Shown: positions 51,524 to 61,880 of the stretch, piece after piece
Layout of the letters: every line of letters starts with the position of its first letter
Numbering within the stretch: the first letter of the stretch is position 1
Assembly (NCBI GenBank): GCA_034439575.1
Contig: JAWXAQ010000012.1
Coordinates: forward strand, 1-64,000
Direction of reading: 5' to 3'
Source: Leptospira sp.
GTDB lineage: Bacteria; Spirochaetota; Leptospiria; Leptospirales; Leptospiraceae
DNA length: 64,000 bases
The notes under the pieces: generated by a model
What the model was told of the DNA's origin: nothing
Databases searched by the model: none
The model's input: the letters and a program-made list of their open reading frames with translations, nothing else
Translations under genes and position numbers: made by a program

Positions 51524-53152
51524 TTGAATGTTACTACTCTTAAAATTTTTAATTCACTTCTAATAAGTGATAGTTTTTCACCAAACTATGAATTGGTGCA
51601 ATACTGCTCATTTTTCTTTCTATTGAATTTCGTCATATATTTCAATTTTTCAAAAAAAACTGAATTTTTAAAAATAGAATTTCAGTTTCTACGTTTTTTT
51701 ACTAACTCCCTATTTTTACTAGCAGTCGTCAGTATTTTAGAGAAACATTTTGGTGATGCTAAGGTAATTTTAAATTTCTTGATCTTTGTAAGTGAAATTG
51801 TCAAATTTTCAATTGTAATAGCCATAGTTAATGTTATATCAAAATTATCTGACAATCAATTTAGATTTATTTATTATCCATTGAGCCTCATTTCTTTACT
51901 TTCATTTGAATATTTACAAAATGACTTTAAATTTTTAATGATTACATCAGACAATTATCTGCGTTTTGGAATTCCTTTTTCAATGGCTTTGATTACATTT
52001 CATTCATTGCTAATTTATTTGAAAAAAGTTAAAGGGTTCTTTATATTTTCAATCTTTTCATATAATTTAAGTGTTTTATTTTCATATTTATTTTTAATGG
52101 ATAAATTTTATTTAGCCTTCTGTATTGTTAGTTGTTTGTTGCTTATGTTTAATTTTTATTATTTTAATCGTGAAAAGAACTTACAATTCCTTTATCAGCA
52201 AAATCAAATACACGATCTAAAAATTGAAAAACAGGATTTCATTGGCCTTCGGCAAGAATTACAGAGAAGACAAAAAATATTCAGTAGAAAATTACTCTTT
52301 CTCCAAAAGTCATATTCAATTTTCAAAAATAGAGTAGATGAAATATTATCAAAAATTAAAGAGTTAAATCAAAATTTATTAAGTTTTTCTAATGATAATA
52401 TAACCTCGACTGAAAATTTGCTGAGCCAAGATATATCGATACAGAATTTAAAGTATCGTTCCTATTCATTGAAAGAAACTTTAGATGAGATGGTTAAATT
52501 CATTATCGAATTGGATTCGAGAGGAACAAAAGTAAAAGAAGATAGTGCCAAAGTGGCAGTTTCTTCAAAAAACATTGATGATTCCATGAGTTCTATTTAT
52601 AATTCTTTTAAAAATATGCATAATATAATCAATGTTATGTCAGAAATTGCATCCAAAACTAATTTGTTATCTGTAAATGCATCCATTGAAGCTGCTCGCG
52701 CTGGAGACTATGGACTCGGGTTTTCTACTGTTGCGACTGAAATTAATAAACTAGCTACATTCTCGAAGCAAAACGTTGGTAAGGTGAACAAGATTATTCA
52801 AGACTCACAATCTACAATTCTCAATGTATCAAGCGCTGTCGAAAATTCTATGGATTTGACAATCTATCAAGAAAGAGAATTGAATAGTTTTATCACAATT
52901 ATTCAAAGGTTAAAAGAGATTAACCAACACCAATCAAGTATTGGCATCGAGTTTTTGGATGAAGTGAATCAATTGAGTTCATTTTCAACGGAGACTGCCA
53001 ATTCTTCAAAATCACAACTTATCTTCAGTCAAGGTGTGATCGAATTAGTAGATACTATCAAAGATATGACAGATAATATTGAAATCCAGACAAATCTTGT
53101 ATCTAAGGAGATTAGTTCTCTAAAGGATGCTGCAGAAAAATTGGCGATATAA
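51524..53152 (+). CDS. Methyl-accepting chemotaxis protein with multi-TM N-terminus (start uncertain)
   Basis: IASKTNLLSVNASIEAARAGDYGLGFSTVATEINKLA signalling hairpin. Confidence 0.88.
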   Translation: MNVTTLKIFNSLLISDSFSPNYELVQYCSFFFLLNFVIYFNFSKKTEFLKIEFQFLRFFTNSLFLLAVVSILEKHFGDAKVILNFLIFVSEIVKFSIVIAIVNVISKLSDNQFRFIYYPLSLISLLSFEYLQNDFKFLMITSDNYLRFGIPFSMALITFHSLLIYLKKVKGFFIFSIFSYNLSVLFSYLFLMDKFYLAFCIVSCLLLMFNFYYFNREKNLQFLYQQNQIHDLKIEKQDFIGLRQELQRRQKIFSRKLLFLQKSYSIFKNRVDEILSKIKELNQNLLSFSNDNITSTENLLSQDISIQNLKYRSYSLKETLDEMVKFIIELDSRGTKVKEDSAKVAVSSKNIDDSMSSIYNSFKNMHNIINVMSEIASKTNLLSVNASIEAARAGDYGLGFSTVATEINKLATFSKQNVGKVNKIIQDSQSTILNVSSAVENSMDLTIYQERELNSFITIIQRLKEINQHQSSIGIEFLDEVNQLSSFSTETANSSKSQLIFSQGVIELVDTIKDMTDNIEIQTNLVSKEISSLKDAAEKLAI

Positions 53153-53297
53153 ATAATCTTTGCTAATCCTCTTCGGTCTACATTTTAATTAGATTCATTC
53201 TAAACCAAATTTCGTATCTACAAATCAAAAAAGAAAGACATCAATCATCGTTTCTTTTATCGATGTAATTAATGCCAAGCTGCTTGAATGAGTTTAT

Positions 53298-54437
53298 ATG
53301 ATGTATTTTTCTTTGTTTATTTTTTCAGGTGCCATCGCGAGTTTTACTACTTCTTTGGGGAGCTTATTTAGAGAATCTTCTAAGTTTTTGAAGTATTCGT
53401 CTTCCTTTTTATTTTTATCTATCGGTCTTTACCTGCTAGCAGTTGCTATATGGCTATCACCCATTCGAGATGAATTTATTTCAAGTCAATACTTTCATTT
53501 TCCTTGTGCTTCTACGATTGGCCCTCTACTTTATCTTTATTTACAAACTATTCTTAATGAAAAATGGAAATTCAAAAGAAGACACTTACTTTTGTTTATT
53601 CCCTCTATTGTATTTGTCGCAGAACTAATTCCTTTTTACCTACTTCCGACGGAAGAAAAATTTAGAATTCGTGATGCGATAGACCAAGGAAATACTTTAT
53701 CTGGATTTGCTTATTACTTGAAACTTTCTAGATCATTTATATTTATTCAAAATTTAATTAGTATATTATATTTTTGTTTTCAAACGAGAATTCTTTTTAA
53801 TTTTAAGACATTAAAAAGCCAAAATATTTTAATTCATTTTTATATTTTAACTAGATTCACAATTCTTTCTATTTTCATTTCCCTATTTTTTGAATTATTT
53901 TATCATTTTGATAGTTATCGAGTTTCCGTTATTTCCCTTGGTAGCACGATCACATTGATCGTGTATTATTTACATGTTTTGATCATAAAATTTCCAAATG
54001 GAAATCGCGAATTAACACAAGTTTACTCTAAAATAAAATATGAAAGTTCGAATTTACGAAATCTTGATTCAAAATTATTAATTCTAAAATTAGAAAATTT
54101 AATGTCAGAAGAAAAATTATATAGAGATGAAAATTTAACCATGATAGCGATTGCAGAAAAATTGAATATCAATAAACATCAGTTATCTGAATTATTAAAT
54201 GCTTCGATTGGTGTTAATTTTTATGATTATATAAATAAATATCGAGTCATCGAAGCAAAAAAAATATTAGAAGACTCACCAGAACAAATCATTTTAAGAG
54301 TTGCCTTTGATGTAGGATTTAAATCGCAGTCAACTTTTTATACAGCTTTTAAGAAAGTATTTAAAATGACACCTGCTGATTATAAAAATAATTTTCACAA
54401 ACACAACATTAAACCTTCTAAAATTTCATTAAAGTAG
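53298..54437 (+). CDS. Membrane-anchored AraC regulator (paralog 3)
   Basis: IGPLLYLYL, KYESSNL, HQLSELLN, VAFDVGFKSQSTFY. Confidence 0.92.
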   Translation: MMYFSLFIFSGAIASFTTSLGSLFRESSKFLKYSSSFLFLSIGLYLLAVAIWLSPIRDEFISSQYFHFPCASTIGPLLYLYLQTILNEKWKFKRRHLLLFIPSIVFVAELIPFYLLPTEEKFRIRDAIDQGNTLSGFAYYLKLSRSFIFIQNLISILYFCFQTRILFNFKTLKSQNILIHFYILTRFTILSIFISLFFELFYHFDSYRVSVISLGSTITLIVYYLHVLIIKFPNGNRELTQVYSKIKYESSNLRNLDSKLLILKLENLMSEEKLYRDENLTMIAIAEKLNINKHQLSELLNASIGVNFYDYINKYRVIEAKKILEDSPEQIILRVAFDVGFKSQSTFYTAFKKVFKMTPADYKNNFHKHNIKPSKISLK

Positions 54438-54470
54438 ATTGATATATAAATATAGTAGTTCACTTTTGAT

Positions 54471-55001
54471 TTATCTCGCTTTATTCCGGAAATAGGGATG
54501 GGCTAGGATTATGTGAATTATGGCTACAATTATGGCTCCCGGAAGAAGGTTAATGGCTATAAAATAATAATTAGGCGATGAAGATAAAATTTGAGTCTCA
54601 TTCCAATTAAATGCCTCTTTCGGTTTTATTATAAGATATAATAGTAACATGGATGTATGCAAAGATGTTAATACAACATGCAAAATATATTCTATTGAAC
54701 TTAAACCTCCGAACATAGTTCTCGCTTTTTTTTCTTCCCACATATCAAAACCCTGGATGACTAAATCCAAAATAGCAATAAACAGAACACAAAAGAATAA
54801 AGGTCCTCTTATATCATAAAGAAATAAGCCAATCAGAATCATAGGAAAGATAATGGCTCGAAATGTATGTAATCTATGTTCATAAATAGTTTCTGAGTGG
54901 GAATATAACTTATATTTCCATAAATGTAAGACAATACCATCAAAGAATGCCAATCCGGCAAAACTAACTAAAAAAAACAAATTGATTTCCGCTAAGTTCA
55001 T
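54471..55001 (-). CDS. Hypothetical His-containing membrane protein
   Basis: About 5 TM; DG..LHLWKY.L, EHRLHT.R, EYILH; divergent from arsR. Confidence 0.8.
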   Translation of the reverse strand: MNLAEINLFFLVSFAGLAFFDGIVLHLWKYKLYSHSETIYEHRLHTFRAIIFPMILIGLFLYDIRGPLFFCVLFIAILDLVIQGFDMWEEKKARTMFGGLSSIEYILHVVLTSLHTSMLLLYLIIKPKEAFNWNETQILSSSPNYYFIAINLLPGAIIVAIIHIILAHPYFRNKAR

Positions 55002-55010
55002 GTACCCTCA

Positions 55011-55038
55011 ATGTGCACGTATGCATATACATGCACAT
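55011..55038. promoter_or_regulatory. Probable ArsR/SmtB operator
   Basis: ATGTGCACGTAT-GCAT-ATACATGCACAT: 12-bp arms with one mismatch, between divergent genes. Confidence 0.7.
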
Positions 55039-55117
55039 ATTCGCTCTACATAATTTCAGTCAAGTATAAAATGCAAAAAAGATAGACTTTAAAGATTTCC
55101 ACCAAAATAGTAGGGCA

Positions 55118-55513
55118 ATGGTTGTTAAAGTTCGATCAAATAATGAAAAGAAGAAAGAATCCGCAATTGAAGCTTTAGACAAAGTACTAGATTCGAAATT
55201 TTTGACTGCTTTAGCTGAACCCAGTCGGATTGAAGTTTTAAAACAAGTGATTCGATGTGGAAAAGCCGATATCTCTGAGTTGTCCGAAGGTCTATCCATC
55301 GATAGATCGGTAATATCCAGGCATCTCGGAATTTTGGAAGAAGTTGGAATTCTAATTAGAGAAAAACAGGGAAAACATGTTTTCTATCAACTTGATCCTA
55401 TGGGTGCTGTTAATAAATTTAGATTCATGTTGAATGGCATTGAGGAACTAATAACTATTTGTTGTCCTCCCAACTCATCAAGCGGAGGATCCACTCCTAA
55501 AAAAGGATTTTAA
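55118..55513 (+). CDS. ArsR/SmtB family transcriptional repressor
   Basis: ALAEPSRIEVL, SVISRHLGIL, REKQGKHVFY; C-terminal CC pair. Confidence 0.92.
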   Translation: MVVKVRSNNEKKKESAIEALDKVLDSKFLTALAEPSRIEVLKQVIRCGKADISELSEGLSIDRSVISRHLGILEEVGILIREKQGKHVFYQLDPMGAVNKFRFMLNGIEELITICCPPNSSSGGSTPKKGF

Positions 55514-55848
55514 ATTCATTTCGGATCGGGATCTTTAAATTAAATGAAAGGAAATTTAGAATTCATTTATATTCTTATAAATTTAAATAGATTATGAATT
55601 TGTTGCAGGACTTTAACGTAGAGTATTAAATTAGAAATACTTTTCGATAATATTTTTATTAAAGAATTTACATTATCTTTATTTTCTAAATTAAAAAAAT
55701 TATTTACAGCGTAATTTATTTATATTTTATTTCGACTGCACCATGGTTGATCTATTTCTTGAGAAAGGAAGTAAGGCCAAATCGTCAATGGTCTCGTTTA
55801 TAAAAGAATATAATTGCAAAGATTATCTAAACGGAGAATATTTGAATT

Positions 55849-56176
55849 ATGAAATAGTGAGATTCGGAAAACTTTTTCAAACTATGGCTTTCTTCTTGGA
55901 CTGGGAATCAACGAAATATTTTATTATCATTCTATAGAAAAATTTTCTTTTATTTAGCTCCGGCTGTTAGTTGGGATATCCATAAACATAAAATAATATT
56001 TTCCAAATGAAAAAGTCTTTCTATTGAAATGGAAGGCAATCATTCCTATTTCTAAAGGTGAAATTACCTAGTATGAAATGGATATTGTCGAATTAGAAAA
56101 TGGGGCAATTACGCGAAATGAAGTTTTTTTTATACGCGAAATTTATACTTATCTCGTTGATTCGCAAATTTTTTAA
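55849..56176 (+). pseudogene. Decayed SnoaL/NTF2-like gene
   Basis: Frame from 55849: MK**DSENFFKLWLSSWTGNQRNILLSFY..FFYLAPA; second frame from 56000: FPNEKVFLLKWKAIIP..GEIT*YEMDIVELENGAITRNEVFF. Confidence 0.7.
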
Positions 56177-56252
56177 TTTTTTTCTATCTACAATTCAAGT
56201 AATTTCAGAAAACTTTTGATTTATATTGATCAAAGAGCATTCAGAAAAAAAA

Positions 56253-57068
56253 TCATGGCGATAATAATATTTGAGCTAATTGTGTAAATGGCGTTAAACT
56301 GTACGTAACATTAATATTTGATGAAACGCCAACCTGTCTTCGAAATACAGATACGGATTGGGCAGTTGAAAAATTAGCCGTAGTAAAACCAAAGGCATGG
56401 GCGGAGTTCAAACCTCCTGCATCAAATGTAAAATCAGCGGAGACAGAACCTAAATTAATTGCTACCGTGGAACCAGGGTTACCGTCTAAAGAAAAATTTA
56501 AAGTTTGACTATCTCCTACTGTGTTGCCAACGGTTACCCCTGAACCTCCAGAAGGATTTGTGCCAAAACAATAAACAACGACGATGATATTGTAAGCTGG
56601 CATAACTCCGGCAGGCGTAGGAATATTACATACCCGGAATCCGACAGACGGCTGTGATGTGACATTAACGATATATCCTGCGCCTGCAGCCACTTGGTTC
56701 GAAAATGTATGATCACGAACTGCATTTCCAGTTGTAGAAACAGCCACCGATGGCGCTCCATTCAATGAGACTTGGATATTGGCGCTTCCGGCTGCGCCTG
56801 CCATATTATTGACTCGGACGATTATGTTGTAAGAAGGAGTTGTAGCAGATCCTGAGTTTGTCTCACTATTTGTTTGTGCATTTGATATTGTGGCTGAATT
56901 CTCGCTCCCCTCTGTGTTAGTTGAAGAAACTGAAGAACCGCCTCCACTTAATAAAATTCTAGTTAAGTTACCAGCAATTGAATGAGGATCGCCTGGATTT
57001 TCTAAGTTAGTCGGTTTGCAAGATATCAATATAATAACTAATATACAAATTAAATATTTAATAACCAT
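56253..57068 (-). CDS. Surface lipoprotein, Ser/Thr/Gly/Asn-rich with Ig-like beta domains
   Basis: Lipobox LISC, ENPGDP, low-complexity linker, YIVNVTSQP...C...G......V.C repeat type. Confidence 0.8.
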   Translation of the reverse strand: MVIKYLICILVIILISCKPTNLENPGDPHSIAGNLTRILLSGGGSSVSSTNTEGSENSATISNAQTNSETNSGSATTPSYNIIVRVNNMAGAAGSANIQVSLNGAPSVAVSTTGNAVRDHTFSNQVAAGAGYIVNVTSQPSVGFRVCNIPTPAGVMPAYNIIVVVYCFGTNPSGGSGVTVGNTVGDSQTLNFSLDGNPGSTVAINLGSVSADFTFDAGGLNSAHAFGFTTANFSTAQSVSVFRRQVGVSSNINVTYSLTPFTQLAQILLSP

Positions 57069-57310
57069 ATTATTATTAATTCAGTTTTCTTTATTCGGAT
57101 AGCTAAATATGGTTCAATTAGTTTCGAAATTGATTTAAATGGCGAATACAAATTTTAAAAATTAAGTATCTATCGCCTAATTCCATATCCTTGTGGGAAT
57201 TTTTTATATCCCATTTTGTATTGCGGGCCAACATAATTTTCATTAGGACATTGTGAATAGGAGATGTATGATATAAATTTAATGCAAATTCCAATTTCAC
57301 AGGCATTTAT

Positions 57311-58363
57311 ATGGTTTGGATATTATTTACTTCTGCATTTTCTATTCTTTTGAGCATCGGAGAGCTGGTTGGATCCTACCGTAATCGTAATCGTTTGTTA
57401 TCTGCTGGAATTTATTTTTGTCTAAGTGCAATTATCTTCTATGTTTGGTGTTTTCTCGAGGGACTACTGTTTACGTATCCCTTTTTTTGTTTTTTTCATA
57501 TCGTATGTTTGATGTTAATGGCGATTTTTTTTTCCAAATGGAGTGATCTGCTTTTAGGAATAGAAAGAACATTTTCTTTGAAAAGAATTCATTTGTATAT
57601 TTTTGTTCTGATGGGATTTTTGCCAGCGCTTTCTATTCCAAATGAAATTAAATTAAAAATACTCTATGCGAGTGAATGGGATACTTATGGAATATTACAA
57701 AGAATTATTTTTGCAATTGGTTTATTCCCGATCTGTTTTTTTTCGATTATAACAAATTTTAAATTTTTTAAAAAATATACCATTTTAGAAATACATAAAA
57801 ATCCAAAAATTCATCATTCAATATTTATCATCATCATAACAAATGTTGTTTGTTGCTTAGGTCTTTTTAATTTCATATTTCCTGGTAAAAAAAGTTTTGT
57901 TCCCTTGACAGTTGCAGTGACATTCATCGTACCCTTGCTTTTTTTTATGGAAAAAATAATTCCTCATTTATTTGTTAAGGATCAAAAATTAGATCCATTA
58001 AAACGGTATTCTAATTCTAAGTTACATTCGTTAAATATAAAAGATTTAGAAGAACAGATAACGAAAGTAATGATATTAGAAAAATTCTTTCTTCATTCAA
58101 ATCTTTCTTTAGGTTTATTTGCAAAAAGAATACATATTTCAACACATCAACTTTCAGAATTTATTAATATCAAATATAATACAAATTTTTCTGGCTTTAT
58201 CAATCGATTCCGCATTATAGAAGCACAAAAAATTCTGAAAAATAATCCAGAATATAACATACTAAGAATTGCATATGATGTCGGATTTGAAAGTAAATCT
58301 ACATTCAATGAAACTTTTTTGAAAATGACTGGAATGACCCCTTCCCAATTCCGCAAAACATAA
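57311..58363 (+). CDS. Membrane-anchored AraC regulator (paralog 4)
   Basis: Multi-TM, RYSNSKL, HQLSEFIN, IAYDVGFESKSTFN. Confidence 0.9.
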   Translation: MVWILFTSAFSILLSIGELVGSYRNRNRLLSAGIYFCLSAIIFYVWCFLEGLLFTYPFFCFFHIVCLMLMAIFFSKWSDLLLGIERTFSLKRIHLYIFVLMGFLPALSIPNEIKLKILYASEWDTYGILQRIIFAIGLFPICFFSIITNFKFFKKYTILEIHKNPKIHHSIFIIIITNVVCCLGLFNFIFPGKKSFVPLTVAVTFIVPLLFFMEKIIPHLFVKDQKLDPLKRYSNSKLHSLNIKDLEEQITKVMILEKFFLHSNLSLGLFAKRIHISTHQLSEFINIKYNTNFSGFINRFRIIEAQKILKNNPEYNILRIAYDVGFESKSTFNETFLKMTGMTPSQFRKT

Positions 58364-58480
58364 ATTCATCTTAAAATAAAAAATTTGAATAAAAGGAGTC
58401 CGGTTCTATAGATTAGGACGAATACTATTTAGCATTTATGATATATTATCTCATCATACGCCAAAAATAATTTGGTGTAA

Positions 58481-59719
58481 TTGGAGAATGTATCAATGAG
58501 ACAAATACCTTATAAACTGAATACCAAGTTGATTTTAAAAATTAGTTTAGTGCTATCTATATCATTTACGCTATGGTTTTTTAATGATTTAAAACGTCTG
58601 ACAAACGTAATTTATTTATTTGATAAAAACCGAATTGTAAACAATTTTCGAAATATGGATTCTATGTTTGATTCAAGAATCATCAGAAAAAGTACAGAGC
58701 CAAAGTTATTTAAACATGAATTAGTCGAGTTACCTGAATATTTTTTATGGAAAGATAAAAAGTTAAATACTAAGGAATTTTTAAAGGATACTTGGACGAC
58801 AGGGTTACTCATCCTGAAAAATGATAAAATAATTTATGAAAAATATGATTTGGGAAATAATGTAGAATCTAAAACAATCGTTTGGTCTGTAACAAAGTCT
58901 ATTGTTTCTGGTTTGTTGGGCATTGCACTGAAAGAAAAAGGTGTGAATGACTTATCTTTACCGATTACAAAGTTTATCCCTGAATTGAAAAAATCAGGTT
59001 ATGATAAAGTACCAATAATTGATTTACTTCACATGACTTCTGGGATCAGTTTTAACGAAGATTATGGCGATTTTTTTTCTGATATAAATCGTATGGGCAG
59101 AGCTTTGGCATTGAAAACTTCCATGAAAGATTTTGTTTTATCTTTAAAATCAAAAAGACCACCTGGTGAATATCGACATTATGTAAGTATGGACACACAG
59201 GTTTTAGGTATGTTAGTCGAAAATCTTTCTGGAGAAAATCTTTCTGACTATTTAAGTAAAAAAATTTGGGAACCAGCAGGCATGGAGTCGGATGCATATT
59301 GGCTTATAGATAGTGATGGAAAAGAACTTGGATTTGCTATGTTAAATATGACTTTGCGTGATATGGCAAAAATTGGATACATATATTCTAATGAAGGTTA
59401 TATGGATAAAAAGCAAATCATCCCAAGGGAATGGATTTATGATTCGATAAAAACTGACCTCCCGATATTAAAACCTGGGAAAAATCCAAATGCAGATGTT
59501 CCTCTTGGTTACGGTTACCAGTGGTGGATTCCAGAAGAACCTGACGGTGATTTTTTTGCATCTGGTGTTTATTTACAATTTATCTATGTTAACCTTAAGC
59601 ATAAGATTGTCATAGCAAAAACTTCAGCTTATCCAAATTACACCAAAGATGGTTTTTTAAGAGAACAAATGACACATCGATTATTTCAGGAACTTTCCAA
59701 GGAATTAGGAGTAAAATAA
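58481..59719 (+). CDS. Serine hydrolase, beta-lactamase class C/NylB-like (start probably ATG 58496)
   Basis: WSVTKS (SxxK), LLHMTSG, HYVS, YGYQWW, ASGVYLQFIYV. Confidence 0.9.
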   Translation: MENVSMRQIPYKLNTKLILKISLVLSISFTLWFFNDLKRLTNVIYLFDKNRIVNNFRNMDSMFDSRIIRKSTEPKLFKHELVELPEYFLWKDKKLNTKEFLKDTWTTGLLILKNDKIIYEKYDLGNNVESKTIVWSVTKSIVSGLLGIALKEKGVNDLSLPITKFIPELKKSGYDKVPIIDLLHMTSGISFNEDYGDFFSDINRMGRALALKTSMKDFVLSLKSKRPPGEYRHYVSMDTQVLGMLVENLSGENLSDYLSKKIWEPAGMESDAYWLIDSDGKELGFAMLNMTLRDMAKIGYIYSNEGYMDKKQIIPREWIYDSIKTDLPILKPGKNPNADVPLGYGYQWWIPEEPDGDFFASGVYLQFIYVNLKHKIVIAKTSAYPNYTKDGFLREQMTHRLFQELSKELGVK

Positions 59720-59779
59720 TGAATTGATGTCTTTGGAAAATTCCCTTTACATTAACAAGAACGGTGTTCCTTTTGGTTA

Positions 59780-60619
59780 ATGGCACTTCAGAAAACTATC
59801 TCTCGTACTACAAGTATCGCCGACCTAGATTGGAACCGTCATGTAACTAGTCGCACCTATGAAAGGTTTTGTTATGATGGCAGATTTTCCTTATTGGAAG
59901 ATTTGGGATATTCGGTACATTCTTGTTTGGCGAAAGAAATAGATTATGTATCTGTTGATACCTTTGTACGCTTTCTTGGCCAACAGTTCGCTGAATCTGT
60001 TCTTTCTATCGAAACCAAACTAACTAGGGGAGGCGATGGCCAACTATTTTTTGAACAATTTGTAATTGATAAAGATAATAAAAAGGTATGCGATCTTAAA
60101 GCATCTGCTTTTCTCAAAGATAAGAGTGGGAATGTAATTGTTTTAAATGAAATTCCTCTTAGAGATTCAGATTGGATACCTTCTGAAATAAAAAGCAGAT
60201 TGAAACATCAGGAAGCACTATTGCATGATATTCATATTCCGTTTAGTGACATGAGTTGCTTTTGGAATTTGCCATCTGAATCTATCTGGAAGGTTTTTGA
60301 AGAAGGAAGATTTTTATTTTTTAAAGAAATTGTTGATTTGAATTTAATCAAAGAAACAGACACGACAACTTTCTTTATGGGTGGCGAAATTAAAATTTAT
60401 AAATTGCCTGAACCTGGAGAAAAAATAGTTCTTCATAGCTGGATCGAAGTAGTAGAAAAAATTCGTTTTTATTTTAGACAAGATATAGTTAATACTAATG
60501 GAGAGACTTTAGCAAGTATGAGAGATGAGCAGTTGTTTGTTGCTCTTTCTTCTTCCAGACCCAGGAAAGCCCCACTGGCTTTTATAACGAAAGTAGAAAA
60601 TTACATAGAGAAAAAATGA
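59780..60619 (+). CDS. Tandem hot-dog-fold acyl thioesterase
   Basis: DLDWNRHV...Y and a second DMSCF.N...FEEGR unit. Confidence 0.8.
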   Translation: MALQKTISRTTSIADLDWNRHVTSRTYERFCYDGRFSLLEDLGYSVHSCLAKEIDYVSVDTFVRFLGQQFAESVLSIETKLTRGGDGQLFFEQFVIDKDNKKVCDLKASAFLKDKSGNVIVLNEIPLRDSDWIPSEIKSRLKHQEALLHDIHIPFSDMSCFWNLPSESIWKVFEEGRFLFFKEIVDLNLIKETDTTTFFMGGEIKIYKLPEPGEKIVLHSWIEVVEKIRFYFRQDIVNTNGETLASMRDEQLFVALSSSRPRKAPLAFITKVENYIEKK

Positions 60620-60656
60620 ATTTCATTATTATTTTTCTAAATAAGGAGATTCAAAT

Positions 60657-61880
60657 TTGTCACCACTTGTAGATGAAATAGTAAAAGAAAGAGCCCGTAT
60701 CAACGAAATCAATGTTGGTTTTGGTCGATTGTTTTTTTTGAGTTTTTTTTCTGTGACCGATTTACTGAGCTATATTAATTGGATCGATTATGCTATAATA
60801 CGGCCAAGTCCGTTAACCATTTATTTAGATTTTGGATTTTTACTTTTTGCATTAATCGTCCAATACACAGTTATGTTTCGCGGAAACCCTCCCGCTTTGA
60901 AATATTTTATAGTTACTGGCGATTTTTTATTTTTAGGTATCATGTTGATTTACGATCCTTCTGTTCCTAGAAATGGTGAAATGGTTTATTGGACTTCGAT
61001 GGTAGGAACATTATTTCTTTATTATTTAAATATATTAAGGTATTCTAAATTAACTGTCATTTATGCCTTTTTTTTGGCTGTTTTGGTTTTTTCCGTTACG
61101 AGTCTTCATTTTGGTAGATCTAATCTTGATTATCTTATACCAATGTACTTTCCATTTTTAGTATTTTTATCTATTGGATACTTTATCACCGTTGGAAATA
61201 AGAAAATGGTCGAAGAAATAAATACAAAAATGCTAATGGAAAGATATCTTGCACCACAATTAGTAAACGAAATTTATAAGAACCAAAATTTGCCTACAGT
61301 TCAAAAAGTTGATGTAGCATTATTATTTTCAGATATACGTTCCTTCACTGAAATTTCTGAAAATCATTCTCCTGAAGATGTGGTTCAATTTTTAAATGAA
61401 TACTTAAAATCAATGACCGAGATCATCTTTGAAGAAAAGGGGACTCTCGATAAATTTATTGGAGATGGAATATTGACAATTTTTGGAGCTCCGATCAAAA
61501 CCGATGCTGATTGTTTACATGCTCTTAAATGTGCGATCAATATGCAAAATTCGATGATTGGTTTTTCAAAAGGGAAGCTTAATCTAAGAAAACCTTTGAA
61601 AATAGGTATTGGTTTGCATTATGGGGAAGTCATTGCTGGAAATATAGGTTCAGATAAAAGACTCGATTATACTGTGATAGGTGATACTGTCAATATTGCA
61701 AGTAGGATCGAAAGTCTAACAAAGTATTATAATATTCCAATTATCGCATCTGAAGCATTTATAAAAACAATTTTGCCTGAGACTTTAAACACTTTTTGTG
61801 TTCTTCGGGAATTGGATACAGTTCGTCTCGTTGGCAAAAATGTAGCTATCAAATTATATGAAATAATCGCAATTACTTAA
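60657..61880 (+). CDS. Membrane-bound class III adenylate/guanylate cyclase
   Basis: About 6 TM; FSDIRSFT, DKFIGDG, DYTVIGDTVNIASR; AAGGAG RBS. Confidence 0.93.
   Translation: MSPLVDEIVKERARINEINVGFGRLFFLSFFSVTDLLSYINWIDYAIIRPSPLTIYLDFGFLLFALIVQYTVMFRGNPPALKYFIVTGDFLFLGIMLIYDPSVPRNGEMVYWTSMVGTLFLYYLNILRYSKLTVIYAFFLAVLVFSVTSLHFGRSNLDYLIPMYFPFLVFLSIGYFITVGNKKMVEEINTKMLMERYLAPQLVNEIYKNQNLPTVQKVDVALLFSDIRSFTEISENHSPEDVVQFLNEYLKSMTEIIFEEKGTLDKFIGDGILTIFGAPIKTDADCLHALKCAINMQNSMIGFSKGKLNLRKPLKIGIGLHYGEVIAGNIGSDKRLDYTVIGDTVNIASRIESLTKYYNIPIIASEAFIKTILPETLNTFCVLRELDTVRLVGKNVAIKLYEIIAIT

Noticed and set aside
55743-55937. 64-aa ORF as a real gene
   Set aside because: It overlaps, out of frame, the recognisable SnoaL-like remnant and has no features of its own
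57118-57306. 62-aa ORF between the lipoprotein and AraC genes
   Set aside because: Occupies a divergent promoter region, has no RBS or motif, and is probably spurious
58481-59719. Antibiotic-resistance beta-lactamase
   Set aside because: SxxK is present, but HYVS and ASG replace the class C YxN and KTG motifs; a generic esterase/amidase is more likely
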